DNA of 64,000 nucleotides from Catajapyx aquilonaris. Its lineage: Eukaryota. The notes beneath the pieces were generated by a model. It did not search any database and was not told where the DNA came from. It saw only the letters and a program-made list of their open reading frames with translations. Every line of letters begins with the position of its first letter. Position 1 is the first letter of the stretch. The translations under genes were made by a program, and so were the position numbers. The stretch is from positions 1 through 64,000 of the forward strand of contig KZ538137.1 in NCBI GenBank assembly GCA_000934665.2, in the 5' to 3' direction. This document shows, in pieces, positions 1 through 11,438 of this stretch.

Positions 1-229
1 AACCATGGTCCACATGCTTCGGTTTTAGTCACTCAGATTCCAACTGCGTCAAGATATAAGAACCGCACCCCATGTCCGCTTTTTCGTGGAATTGCCCAAC
101 ACTAACTGTAAGCTAGAGATGTGTGATAAGGAGAGAAGGAGATTTTTAATGCCCATAACAAAATCACAGCTAAATTTCTAAGGCCCTCTTGATATCGCAT
201 GTGAATCCAATGATGATGAATCATTTCAG

Positions 230-3200
230 AGTGATTCAGTTTTCACATCCGGTGTGCAATACCCTGATGCTGATGGGAGTGATGCTGTGCCTACTCTCCG
301 TATTTCTACTGGGTCTAGATGGCCAGTTTGTATCCGAGGGAATGTTCCCGATTATCTGTCAGGCAAGGAGCTGCATCCTATGCATTGGATTCACCCTCGC
401 CTATGGGTCCATGTTCAGTAAGGTGTGGAGGGTACATCGCCTCACCACCAAGTCCAAGAGTGAGGCCAAGGTTTGTACACTACTTGAAGACTTGCATAAG
501 CAATTGAGTGGTATTTATGTGTGGACTGATCAGGGTAATTATTTGGAACTCAAAAAAGGAGGTGGAAATTATTGCTGGGTGCATTAGGGTAGGAAACAAA
601 ATGCAAAGCCTGCAGACATTGAGATTATGTTTTTTGTGAGGAAACGTAACATTTTTACCTACATGGGTATGAGCTAAATTATGAAATTCATTATTCAAAA
701 ACTAAATCAATTCGAAAAACAATTCCTTCTTGCCCTTGCTGCTTAGTGTCTTTGCACGAACTTGTCACTCTGACGAACTAATTCATGGATGTAAAAAGCT
801 GGAGTTTGATATTCCCTGGTCAGTTCTCTTCTTAAATACGGTACATCCTGTACATGGAATATGATATTTTCACCTCAATATATGACATAGCCAGTAGCCT
901 ACCTTCAGCACTGCAGGCATGTATGTACTTCTGGTTTATGGTTTTGTCTCCAACAAGTTTGAATTTTTGTAACTGCATAAGCGCAAAATAATGAACCTGC
1001 ACAACAAGCTGACAATGCTACCACTATGCAGTTTTCTTTGTAGGTTTATTACAGATCACAAATTTTTTGCAGTCACATTTTGTACATCATCTCGATTGAA
1101 TACCACTAGTTGTGGTGGTGTGCACAGGTGCAGTAGATGTTGTAATCAGTAAAAGTTGCAAAGGTTGTATAGAAATAAGTGCAGCTGATTAGTGCCACTC
1201 ACAAGCATCGCAACACCAGTCAGTATACTGTATAATGTTTAGTCCATTTTCACTTTTAATTTTTGTTTTGTAGTTCACATTTTCTTCATTTTCCTGGAGC
1301 TTCCACCTGATTACAAGTGCATCATTTTGTGAAGAATGAATGAATTGCATACCTGCATTGAATGCTGATCTAAGATTTCATTGACCACATTCGCAAAGTT
1401 TTGCTAATTTTTAAAGATTCCCATTAATCATGTATGCATATAAGTGATATTCAATAGGTTTTTTTTGCAACAGTGTTGTGCATCCCTGCACTTTGTTAAC
1501 AATGAGAGCCCAATCACGTGCATTTTTAGTGTAATTTTCTGAAGCCTTGTTAGCAACACCTCTTGTCATTTTGAGTGTGTGTTCCATGATTTATTATCAT
1601 GCTAACAGGTATTCTGTTCTTTCAGGGCACATCTGCAAATGCTCATCGTCCTCACAAAACTGTATCTCTGCTTCGACTTCATCTTGGGGTAAATTATTGC
1701 CAGTTTTATTCATTGGCTCATCATTCACTTTTAAGTTTCTTTTTATCAATAGATGCCACGTGCTGTGCATATTCACACTGATCTCATCAGTACAGTTTAT
1801 GCACAGTTAGTTGGTGCCAAACTATGAATTTTTAGCTTCGCCAGCCTTGCACACAATTTGCATTGTGCTTCAGTTATTGCGAAAGTTCTTCAGAAATTAT
1901 TTCATCCGCTCTATAAATGTCTTAAGATCTTGTGCATCATTAATAAAATGTTACATTATTTTCTTCAGAAGTTTATTTTGACAAAATCATACGAATTACA
2001 TTTTTATTCTGCATGATTCATGATGAGCTATCTGATAAATCCTGATAAATATTACATTACATTTTGTTCTTGGATTACGCAAATTAATATCTCAGACATT
2101 ACCTTTTCATATCATACTACTCTCACACCAGCCTTTTGCAAGTGCTATTTTTAAAATGGTTTTGCAACTAATTCATCGTTTTTGCTTTAGGTTGATTTTT
2201 ATCCACATCTCATGCAGATTTTATGCTTACAGCCATCTCATTCACATTGCACAATATTGTACTTCATTACCACCAAGAGGACTTCTTATTACCACCAAAG
2301 CATTGCAGGGGCCCAGAACATAACTAATATTGTCAATTATTATGAAGCAACAATTTTTCCTAATGATTATTATCAAATAGGAAATCAGCTTGAGTTAAGT
2401 CTTACGTATACTAAAAGAAATAACTATAACATTAAATGACCGTTCAATATTAATAATTGGTATTAATCTGGGGAGGAAGAGTTGCTCTGCGGTGACGTTC
2501 GCGCCCACAGATGTCAGGGTCCTGGGTTCAATCCCAAGCCCGGGCTTTCCCCCCTTTATCTCGTGCAGAGTTGGGTCGTCTCTGGCTACGTTTAGGGTGG
2601 AATCTCCGACAGACTAATCCACCCAGGGGAGTTCACAAAATGTACCATTTGAGACATTGCACTTGCACATCCCCTCCCAATCAGCCTTCCTTCGCTCATG
2701 GTACCCGGGCGTTATGGAAAAGGACCAACAAAAAGCTGGTACACCTTAAAAAGCAATAAACGTACCATGCCAGATGCTCGTTAAAAATGGGCGGTGCACT
2801 AGCCCAACTATTAATTAGTATTAAGACTATTTGATTTTGGTCTGTGTAGTCAAGTGGAGAGAAAAAGCTAGCATTATAAACCAGGAATAGTTTGGATGCC
2901 ACTATAAATTCCATAAATCTTTGGGATTATACACTTGATATGACCTGTATATATGTGAAATGATGGTACCAGACAAAATTTGAAGGGCTAACATGTATGT
3001 TTTGTAATCAGGCACATGCCACAGACTGCCTGCAGTTTGTACAACTAATGTGTTTATAAGGTTGCATGGTTATATTGGTGTTTTATCGCTTTGACTGATC
3101 GAATGCACATATTTTTTCCTACAGCTAATTAGGTGAGAGAAACAATGTGCAGTGGAATGCATCAGGGGATGTTGTGAAACACTTTTCAATTACATAAACT

Positions 3201-4893
3201 TTTTTTCTAGTGATTGAGGCAAAGGACCCTCACACCATTTAAACAAATTTTTAATGTCACTTCCCATGCAGCTGAGTTTGTAAGTCTGGAAGCGTCACAT
3301 GTGGTATATTATATTGAATATTATTATTAGTTGGTTTTACAATTTTTTCTCTCATAATTTTAACAATCAAAAATGTTCAAATAGAGGCACCATTCTGCAT
3401 TAGGGTGATGGCCTGTAACCATGAACACTGAGCACCAAACCAATGCAAATAAAATATGGACCTGTTTGCATCAGCTGCTGAAACATACATGGTATTCACG
3501 TGTCACTGGGCCATATTTTATTTGCTCCTTCTTTCTCTAGATTTTTTTACACTTTTTACTTTTTAATTTTTAAAAGAATTGATTATTCCCAGTGTTATCT
3601 CCATCCACACTAAAACCCCCTACATTGAATTATGTAGGATGGTTATAAGGATTTTGCACTAGCAGTATGTTGAATTCAACTGAAGTAAATGCAGTTTTAT
3701 TCATCTGCAGTTAACTTTCTCTGACACTTCTGGCACGTTGAACTTGAACAAGCCTCGGCGTCTGACAATTAATAACCATTGGCTCTTCTTTTCTGATCAG
3801 CAAAAGATCCAGCCTTGGAAGCTCTACTGTATGGTGGGTGGCTTCCTGATTCTTGATGTGATACTGCTGATGGCCTGGCAGATCTCTGACCCCCTTCGTC
3901 GCACAATTGAGATCTTTGCCCTGGAAGACCCTGTGGACACGGAAGAAGATATGAAGGAGCGGCCTCAGCTGGAGCACTGTGAGAGTGCCCATAACACGAT
4001 TTGGCTTGGTGTCATTTATGGCTACAAGGGCCTCATGCTCCTCTTTGGCCTCTTCTTGGCCTATGAAACCCGCAGCTTGAAAGTGAAGCACATCAACGAC
4101 TCACGCTATGTTGGGATGGCCATCTACAATGTGGCTGTCCTTTGCCTCATCACCACCCCAGTGACCCTGGTTATTTCCTCACAGCAGGATGCCAGCTTTG
4201 CTTTTGTGGCCCTGGCCATCATCTTCTGTTGTTTTATCAGCATGGCACTCGTCTTTGTACCTAAGGTAAGATTTTAACTTCTACCATCTCAGAGTGACAT
4301 TATTTATGCCGCACGGGCTGCAGATTGTAAAATTCTTTACTTCATATGAAACGGTTTGATTTATTCTGTCCTTTGCAGATAATGGAGGTGATTCATCAGC
4401 CTAGAGAAAAGGCAGAATCCAAGTACAACCCAGAAACGAGCACTTCCAAAGAAGAAGAGGAAAAATACCAAAAATTACTCGCAGAAAATGAGCAGCTGCA
4501 GAAGCTCATAGCAACTGTAAGTGAGCAGCATGTGCTCAAAAATATAGTACGTAACTGCTAAGCAAGTACATTTTTAACACTTAGAAAGAAGAAAAGATTA
4601 GGATGCTGAAGCTGAAGCTGCAGGAGCGTGAGGCAATCAAGCAACAGACCCAGGGTGAGAAGACAGCTGATTCCGGTCCAGGGGCAAACAAAGAGGGGCT
4701 GGAGGGAGGAAAGAAGAAGGGCAAGAAAGGGGCTAAAGGGGGAGATGGAGGGAACAAGGGAGGAGGAGGAGGAGGGGAAAGAGATGGTGATGGGGAAGAC
4801 ATCTTGCCTGAACCAAATTTGGATTCAGGCATTGTCGTCTCCTTTCAGACACGTTCTCCCACTGACTTTGAGTTTTCCGAGTCATATTTGTAG
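230..4893 (+). CDS. GABBR1: Metabotropic GABA-B receptor subunit 1, 3' part (TM2-TM7 and C-tail; 5' exons lie upstream of the window). Exons 230-470, 3801-4265, 4379-4516, 4585-4893
   Basis: The spliced translation gives class C GPCR 7TM motifs of insect GABA-B-R1: GFTLAYGSMFSKVWRVHR, QPWKLY, LEHCES, GLFLAYETRS, INDSRYVGMAIYNV, SQQDASFAFV, FVPK, followed by the coiled coil KEEEEKYQKLLAENEQLQKLIATKEEKIRML. All introns are GT-AG with consistent phase. Stop TAG at 4891-4893. Confidence 0.96.
1626..1688 (+). CDS. Candidate symmetric cassette exon of GABA-B-R1 (GTSANAHRPHKTVSLLRLHLG) in intracellular loop 2
   Basis: Branch-like GCTAAC, pyrimidine tract and CAG end at 1625. The 63 nt are open and phase 0-0, matching the flanking exons, with donor GTAAAT at 1689. 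No expression evidence. Confidence 0.35.
2470..2811 (+). mobile_element. tRNA-derived SINE (copy a)
   Basis: Pol III B-box-like GGTTCAATCCC near 2525. About 250 bp are clearly similar to the reverse-strand copy at 51379-51703. A near-TSD is present: TAATTGGTATTAA (2454-2466) vs TAATTAGTATTAA (2812-2824). Confidence 0.8.
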
Positions 4894-5933
4894 GCAACAT
4901 ATTAAATGTTGTCCTACCGCATGTTTCTTTGTTTCAAGTTATTCTACAAGACAGATGTAACAGTTGAACACAACAGGGACTGCTATAATGATTGTGGAAA
5001 CAGCCAGTTAGAAATGTCATACAGCAGGTGAATGTTCATACTGTTTAGCAGGTTCATCCATGAATTAGGGAGTGAGGATCGTGACTGGTCTTTTTGCACA
5101 CTGAATTAACCTGAATAATGCTACACTAACCACATGAATTTAAACATGTTTTTCTAAGCACTCTGAGACTTCAGCGGCAGTTGCTGCTTTTTAAAGTACT
5201 CGTCATCACTACTCCTGCTGCCATTTTCTACTGAGATGCATCAAAGTGATGCTGAATTTTTCTAGGTGGGGGGACAGGACAGGTTATTGTTGAAACTTAA
5301 TTGCAGTTGCAGTGCTTGCAGGGAAGTGAATTAAAATTCATCAAAGTGATATTATGTAATTTATGGATGGACCTCTACAATGAATTTTTGTTATGTGTGA
5401 AAAGATTTGATGTCTTTCAATGTTGTTTTTTTTCTGTAGCTTGACATTCCGTACTATTTAAAATTTGATACAATTTGAACTCTTATGTTGATTAATGTGA
5501 GTTATGGCTGTTCAATTAAAGTTAAATTTAAATCTTGATTGCTGCTGACAAAAGTTTGTTAGTGATAATGTTAGCATAAGATGATCGATTATTATAAACA
5601 GCTGCTTGGACCAAAATATACAAATATAGAAAGTTTTAAACTGGCTGACAAAATATTTTACACTCTGTATGATTGTAGAGTGCAAAAGTGATTCAAGAGT
5701 TAAAAGCTGTGTGCTGTATGAGCATTGCGCAATCCTCAGGTTCGTACCATATGTTAGTTGAATTAGATAAATTGCAATATTGTTGCTTCCATGAATTGAA
5801 TGTTTTTCAAGCAGCTTACTGTGGTCTGAGTTGCCTTTAAAATTACAATATGATGTACTGGTACTTAAAAAGTTATGTAAGTTAGTGGTAATGCTGTGAC
5901 GCAACTATTTTTGTTGACTACATCCCTTGTTTT

Positions 5934-5939
5934 AATAAA
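5934..5939 (+). terminator. Probable polyadenylation signal of GABA-B-R1
   Basis: AATAAA followed by GT/T-rich sequence, about 1 kb after the stop and just before the next promoter. Confidence 0.45.
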
Positions 5940-5999
5940 GTATGTGTTAATTACAAGATAACTTTTCTTTAAAATTGCACTATTCTGATAACTTTTGTT

Positions 6000-6156
6000 G
6001 CCAATCATCAGGGAGTGCCAATCATGAGTTCTAGACAGTACCGTATTACCTGCCAGCAGATGGCAGGTCATTGGTTTAATTCGGTCGCAGCCACCTGTCA
6101 CGTGGCCATAATTTGGACGCGCCCTCACCAGCTGCGAGAAGGTCAACGAGTGAGAC
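6000..6156 (+). promoter_or_regulatory. Promoter and non-coding first exon of the kynurenine aminotransferase gene
   Basis: Locally CpG-rich, with CCAAT boxes (6001, 6018, ATTGG near 6070) and E-box CACGTG (6099-6104). A consensus donor GTAAGT at 6157 pairs with the acceptor TCTCCTCCCCATCTTCAG ending at 6366. Confidence 0.55.
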
Positions 6157-6369
6157 GTAAGTAGAGGGTAAAAAATCGGCCCGTTGGCCTGGAGAAATCA
6201 ACTTTTATATAATTGGGATCTGGGTTGCACAACTGATGGGCTAATCCCGCAATCTGCTGTTTGCAGAGATTATACTGCATGGACGTAATATGCATGATTA
6301 GTTAGGAAGGTAGGGGATTGGTGGAGAGGAAGAGTGAGGGGGTTGGCTTCTCCTCCCCATCTTCAGGTC

Positions 6370-9300
6370 ATGTCCTGCTTCTACTCAGAGTCGACCCGAA
6401 TTGCTTACATGCTCGCTAGAAATAGCGGACGGCTCATCTCCACACTCTCTGCGGTCACACCACACTTCGCCTCACCCCAATTGCAGCGACAGCGGTGCCG
6501 ACACATTGCCAGCACCTCCCAAGCACCGGCCATGGCGTCCAGCAAATTCCAGCTGGCCCAGAAGTACAAGGGCTTGGAAAAGAATGTCTGGGTTGAGTTC
6601 ATCCAGTTGGCCCTGGAGCACAAACCTGTCAACCTGGGGCAGGGATTCCCCGACTATCCTGTGCCAGACTATGTGTATGATGGGCTCTCGAAAGTGTCTG
6701 ACAAGACCAACTTTATGTGCCATCAGTACACCAGAGGATACGTAAGTTGGGTTTATCACATGGTAATTTGAATGACTTAATCGTAACTCCATCCACAAGA
6801 AAGTGGAGCCATCACATTTTAGTAGCACGTAGTGCTTGCCAAAAATTCAGACCAAAAGGTTATTGAAGTTGAGGCAGAAGGTTATTGAAGTTGCCATAAA
6901 TTCTTTATGGAAAATATCAAGTGATGGGAAGCACATTCTAATTTCTTATTTATTATTGATATATCCTGCATGTATATTCAACATCGTTATTTACAGTGTG
7001 TGTCACCTCTATTCACAAATAACTTCGTATGTGACAGGGACATCCCAGGCTGGTGAGCATCTTGGCCAAGTTCTATAGCCAGTTGGTCAACCATGAGATA
7101 GACCCCCAGAAGGAGATCCTGGTGTCTGGTGGGGCATATGAGGCTCTATTCTGCTGTATTATGGGCAATGTCAACCCAGGAGATGAAGTCATCATCATTG
7201 AGCCCTTCTTTGACTGCTATGAGCCTATGGTCCGCCTCGCTGGAGGAACTCCTGTCTTTGTTGCACTAAAACCGGTAATGGCAACTTAATACTGTATAGT
7301 GTTATCAACTTTCCCAACTAGGAGAATCAGACATCTGATGACTGTGCAGTAGTGGCAAAGCTTTTCTCTTTGCTGCCCACTAACATGTGCAGCATGATAA
7401 ATCATTTATCAACTCAAGCACACATGATGTACCGGTACTGATAATGTTCCTTTTCAAGATGTACAGGGACATATTATAATTTTATTCACAAAATAATAAA
7501 ACACCTGCAGGAAAACTGACAGCTATTAAAGACTATAGTCAAATATCCTATTAACAATTTGTGACCATGTTTTGGCCATTGACTCAATTTTGTGCTATGC
7601 TGAGTCCAAGATAAGCCATTTTATGTCGGAGGTGATAGCCAAAGTGATAACTTTATCAGCAGTGTCCTACCTTGCATGATTGGAAACTCCTGCAAATTAA
7701 TTTTTTGTGTTTAGTGTATGTGAGTCAGACATGGATAACATGAGGTAACCGCAATCCTTTTTAAAAAATCTGGTTCCTATGGGTACATCAATCAGTTATT
7801 AGTAGAGTCCGGGTTTTTAGGCAAATTCCCTATTTAGTGCCTTAACAGTCGGGATGGTTTTGTGACGAGATCTATCCGTTTCATAAGTGCAGGATGTGGA
7901 AAATGTAGGTTTTATTGTGCCTAAAATTTTGGGAACTATTTCACCTATTTTGCCTTTTTGTGATGTTTCATGCCTATTTGGCCTTTTTTAGGATAGTTTT
8001 TGAACTTTTTGAAGGAATTTTTGGGCCTATTCCTGGCCTATCACATACCTATTCCTTCAGAGGCATTTTCTTTTTGTTTTTTGCAGAGTATTTTATGTGC
8101 TCCTGAAAGGACCAAAATCGTTCAGAAGTAATATGAATAATGTTGCCATGATGCATATGTCAAATATGTTCCTAAATTTTCCTCTGATTGTTTCAATCAG
8201 AGGAAAATTTAGAAAAATATTTGGCAACATATTGTGCAAGTGGAAACTGGCTATAAGTGGTAGAGTCCAGAGCAAGCGATATTTGCTTGCACTTTGTATC
8301 TTTTGCCTAAGTTTTGTGATTCCCTGTCAGTTTGTTGTTGTTATTTGGTTTTTGCTCTGGTTTGTGACCTTATATTATACTTTAGGCCTATAAAATTATT
8401 CTAGAATTTATATTTTCTGTAACACTATCCTCCATACACCGGCAAAATAACATTTTTGTGCCTATTTGAGGTTTTTCCGTACCTAAAAATCCGGACTCTA
8501 GTTATTAGTTATTTTCTTTTCTTAGACCCACCATAAAATAAAAATTGTTGATTTGATTATACACGTATTTATAATATTTTACTTCTAAACCACAGCGCAA
8601 GACAACTGGAACCATATCATCAGCGGATTGGATCCTGGACCCAGAGGAGCTGTCATCAGCATTTAATGAGAAAACAAAGATGATCATGGTGAACACACCA
8701 CACAACCCAATTGGCAAAGTCTTTACTCAGGATGAGCTGACTACCATTGGGAACCTGTGCAAAAAATGGGATGCCATGTGCCTGATGGATGAGGTGTATG
8801 AATGGATGGTGTACAAGGGGAACAAGCATGTGCGCATGGCCTCCTTGCCAGGGATGTGGGAGAGAACTGTCACTGTTGGCTCTGCAGGGAAAACCTTCAG
8901 TGTCACAGGTTGGAAGCTGGGCTGGGCATATGGTCCACAAAAACTCATGACGAACCTGCATGTGGCTCACCAGCACTGCCTGTATACGTGTCCCACACCA
9001 ACACAGGTTGGGAATATAAATTTTTGACATGACTGAAAAGTGTGACCCAAAGTGATGTTATGAAGCAATTTAGCAATAATTGCTCTTGGAACTTATCATT
9101 CTTCTTTTTTTATGTAGTTCAATTCAACAGGAGACTGTGTAAACTGCATTGAGATATTCTCTTAGTAACATATCTGAACATTCCAGGAGGCTGTATCACG
9201 TTACTTTGAAATGGAGCTAGCTCGGCTAGATAGCCCTGACTGCTACTTCAACTCCCTGCCCAACGAGCTAGAAGGGAAGCGTGATTACATGGCCAAGATT

Positions 9301-9827
9301 CTAGAAGAAGTAGGCATGAAGCCGACCATTCCAGAAGGAGGCTATTTTATGGTTGCCGATTGGTCTAGCTTAGGTATGTCAAAATGATGTAAAAAAATAT
9401 TGTTGATATGCAGTAGTAATCATTTTACAAATCAAAACAACATGCAGATGATTTGATATGGTGTTATTCTGTATTCTGAGTAAGACACCACTTTTTGAGA
9501 ATACAATGTGTAACTTGAATTATACTTGCAGCTAAAAAGGCAGACCTCTCTGGAGAAACAGACCCACATCAAGACTACAAGTTTGCAAAATGGATGACCA
9601 AGAACCACAAGCTCCAGGGCATCCCTCCATCAGCATTTTACAGTGATCCACATAAACACCTGGGAGAAAATCACATCCGATACTGCTTTTTCAAGGTATT
9701 TTTGTGGTTCACTGTCACATCTGCATTTAGAGGTGGTAATTTCACTGACCTTCCACTCTCATTTCAGGATGATGAGGCTTTGAAGAAGGCACAGGGCATT
9801 CTTCAAAACTGGAAGAAGACCTTCTAA
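6370..9827 (+). CDS. KYAT3: Kynurenine--oxoglutarate transaminase / cysteine-conjugate beta-lyase (KYAT1/3 family, class I PLP aminotransferase), ~476 aa from the first ATG. Exons 6370-6741, 7038-7274, 8596-9006, 9187-9373, 9532-9695, 9768-9827
   Basis: Family motifs NVWVEF, VNLGQGFPD, HQYTRGYGHPRL, GAYEALF, IIEPFFDCYEPM, NTPHNPIGKVF, DEVYEW, the PLP-lysine motif SAGKTFSVTGWKLGW, PEGGYF, IPPSAFY and IRYCFFK. All introns are GT-AG and in phase. KYAT1 vs KYAT3 orthology is not resolved. Confidence 0.95.
7803..8500. mobile_element. Non-autonomous hAT-superfamily DNA transposon (MITE), 698 bp, in a KAT intron
   Basis: TIRs TAGAGTCCGGGTTTTTAGG and CCTAAAAATCCGGACTCTA (1 mismatch), with a perfect 8-bp TSD GTTATTAG at 7795-7802 and 8501-8508. 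Many internal (T)GCCTA/GCCTTT motifs and no transposase ORF. Confidence 0.9.
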
Positions 9828-10024
9828 TTCAACATCACCCCACAAAGGCCATATTTTTCTGTGCCAAGAATCCCCTTTCATGTGCCTTCACTGAAGGCCC
9901 ATTGATCTGAACCTTAATTACAATTGGTTGAAGTTAGTCGCAAGGGTGCATTTTGTATTGGATGTTTTAATAACTGCATTAAACAAGTTTGAAATTGTAG
10001 ATTATTAAATGTTTTTTAAAATTA

Positions 10025-10338
10025 TTTGTTTAAAACCCCATTAGAGGGAACGAAGCCCTTGGGGGGTGGATTACCACCATCAAGATTGATTTTCTGTTTT
10101 TCTTCAGTCACCGTGCAAGGACATTTAGGATGTAGGGTAAGGATGGGGGGAGTTGGGAGGGTACACAGGTGCAAGTGCAATGTCTGAAAAGGGTCATGTG
10201 CAGTCCCCCAGGAGTTCCCCAAGACGCCTCCCAAGGCGCGGGCCAGAGACCCACTGACGCAGGCGGGCGGGGATTAGAACCTGGGACCTTTCACACAGCT
10301 AGCCGATACATTACCATCTCAGCTACCACACCTTCCCC
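10025..10338 (-). mobile_element. tRNA-derived SINE (copy b; different head, shared core)
   Basis: The minus strand shows A-box-like TAGCTGAGATGG and B-box-like GGTTCTAATCC, and shares the core AGACATTGCACTTGCAC...CCCTCCCAA with copy a. The 3' boundary is approximate. Confidence 0.7.
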
Positions 10339-11438
10339 ATAGACTTTTATTTTGTTAACCACTTGGGTACTATGCAGGTTTGCCCACATATGGGATTCTG
10401 AGCGTGCAAGTGAGACACAGGACACATTTATTGTACTGTAGTTCCATTGTTCCTATCGTGTTGTTGTATCATTGATATCAACAACTTCCACTATGCTTCT
10501 CATTTGCACCTGTTACTGAATCCACCTGCAGGTGTATACACCGTCAGAAAATCTGGGATCAAACTCAAGACGTCAGAGGTGGAAGGCTGTGCCAATAGCC
10601 GCAACACAACCCTGTCGACCCATGGATGTTTTAATATACAGGACAGTCCTGAGTGCATCTTCGGTACCGTACACTAACTGTTCTCAGTTGTAAATGTCAC
10701 TTGTGACAATAGCGCAACAGCAGCAGGTGGCTTATATGAAAATAAACTGACCCTTATTGCACAAGTAAAGATTCCCATCCTCTTTTCTTAATCCCCATTA
10801 CACCAACTAGACATTGTACTATTACAGTGCAAGTCATAATCCTTTCTCTCCCCTTCTCTTTCATTCTCATGCCCTTCTCCCACCGTTTAAAAGTGCCTTC
10901 TAGGTAGAGAAAGCTAAAATAAGAAATATGTGGAAAAATAGATATTGATTAAAATTTGATCAAAATGGACATACATACTACATATCCACACAATAAATAT
11001 TGTAACCTGTAACCTTCCCCAAAGTTGATTTTCCTGACATGGGCCTGTCTCTTAGGACCAGTTTAGAGAGGCTCTCTACCAGTTGTATGAAAGAAAATTA
11101 GGAACAAATTAGGTTTTTGTGTAAGTAGTCATTAAAAATAATTGGCAATTACCTCACTTATTTATCTTACTTTTGAATTGTCCACCTGCATTACTACAGA
11201 AGATCATGTTGGTTGGCTCACTCGGCCACAATATTTTCAAACAAGTAAACATGAAAATTGCGCGAAATCATCAAAACAGTTGAACGCCTAATGGTTACCA
11301 AGAATGTATCTGAGCAACTAAATCTAAATAAATAGCCCCATTCGACCTTTATCCCGTCAGGGCACCAGACGTTCTAAATTCTTGTGGGCATCCGTCCCTC
11401 CTTTTCGACCCAAAATTCACAAAATTTTTGTATAAAAA

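Noticed and set aside
2470..2545. tRNA-like A/B boxes here and at ~10270-10338 and ~51630-51703
   Set aside because: I could not build a cloverleaf. They run into shared SINE bodies, one with a clear TSD, so they are SINE heads and not tRNA genes.
3125..3279. Two 8-nt micro-exon-like segments with good splice sites (3125-3132, 3272-3279) in the GABA-B-R1 intron
   Set aside because: Each shifts the frame and together they give an in-frame TGA. They cannot be supported as coding without RNA data.
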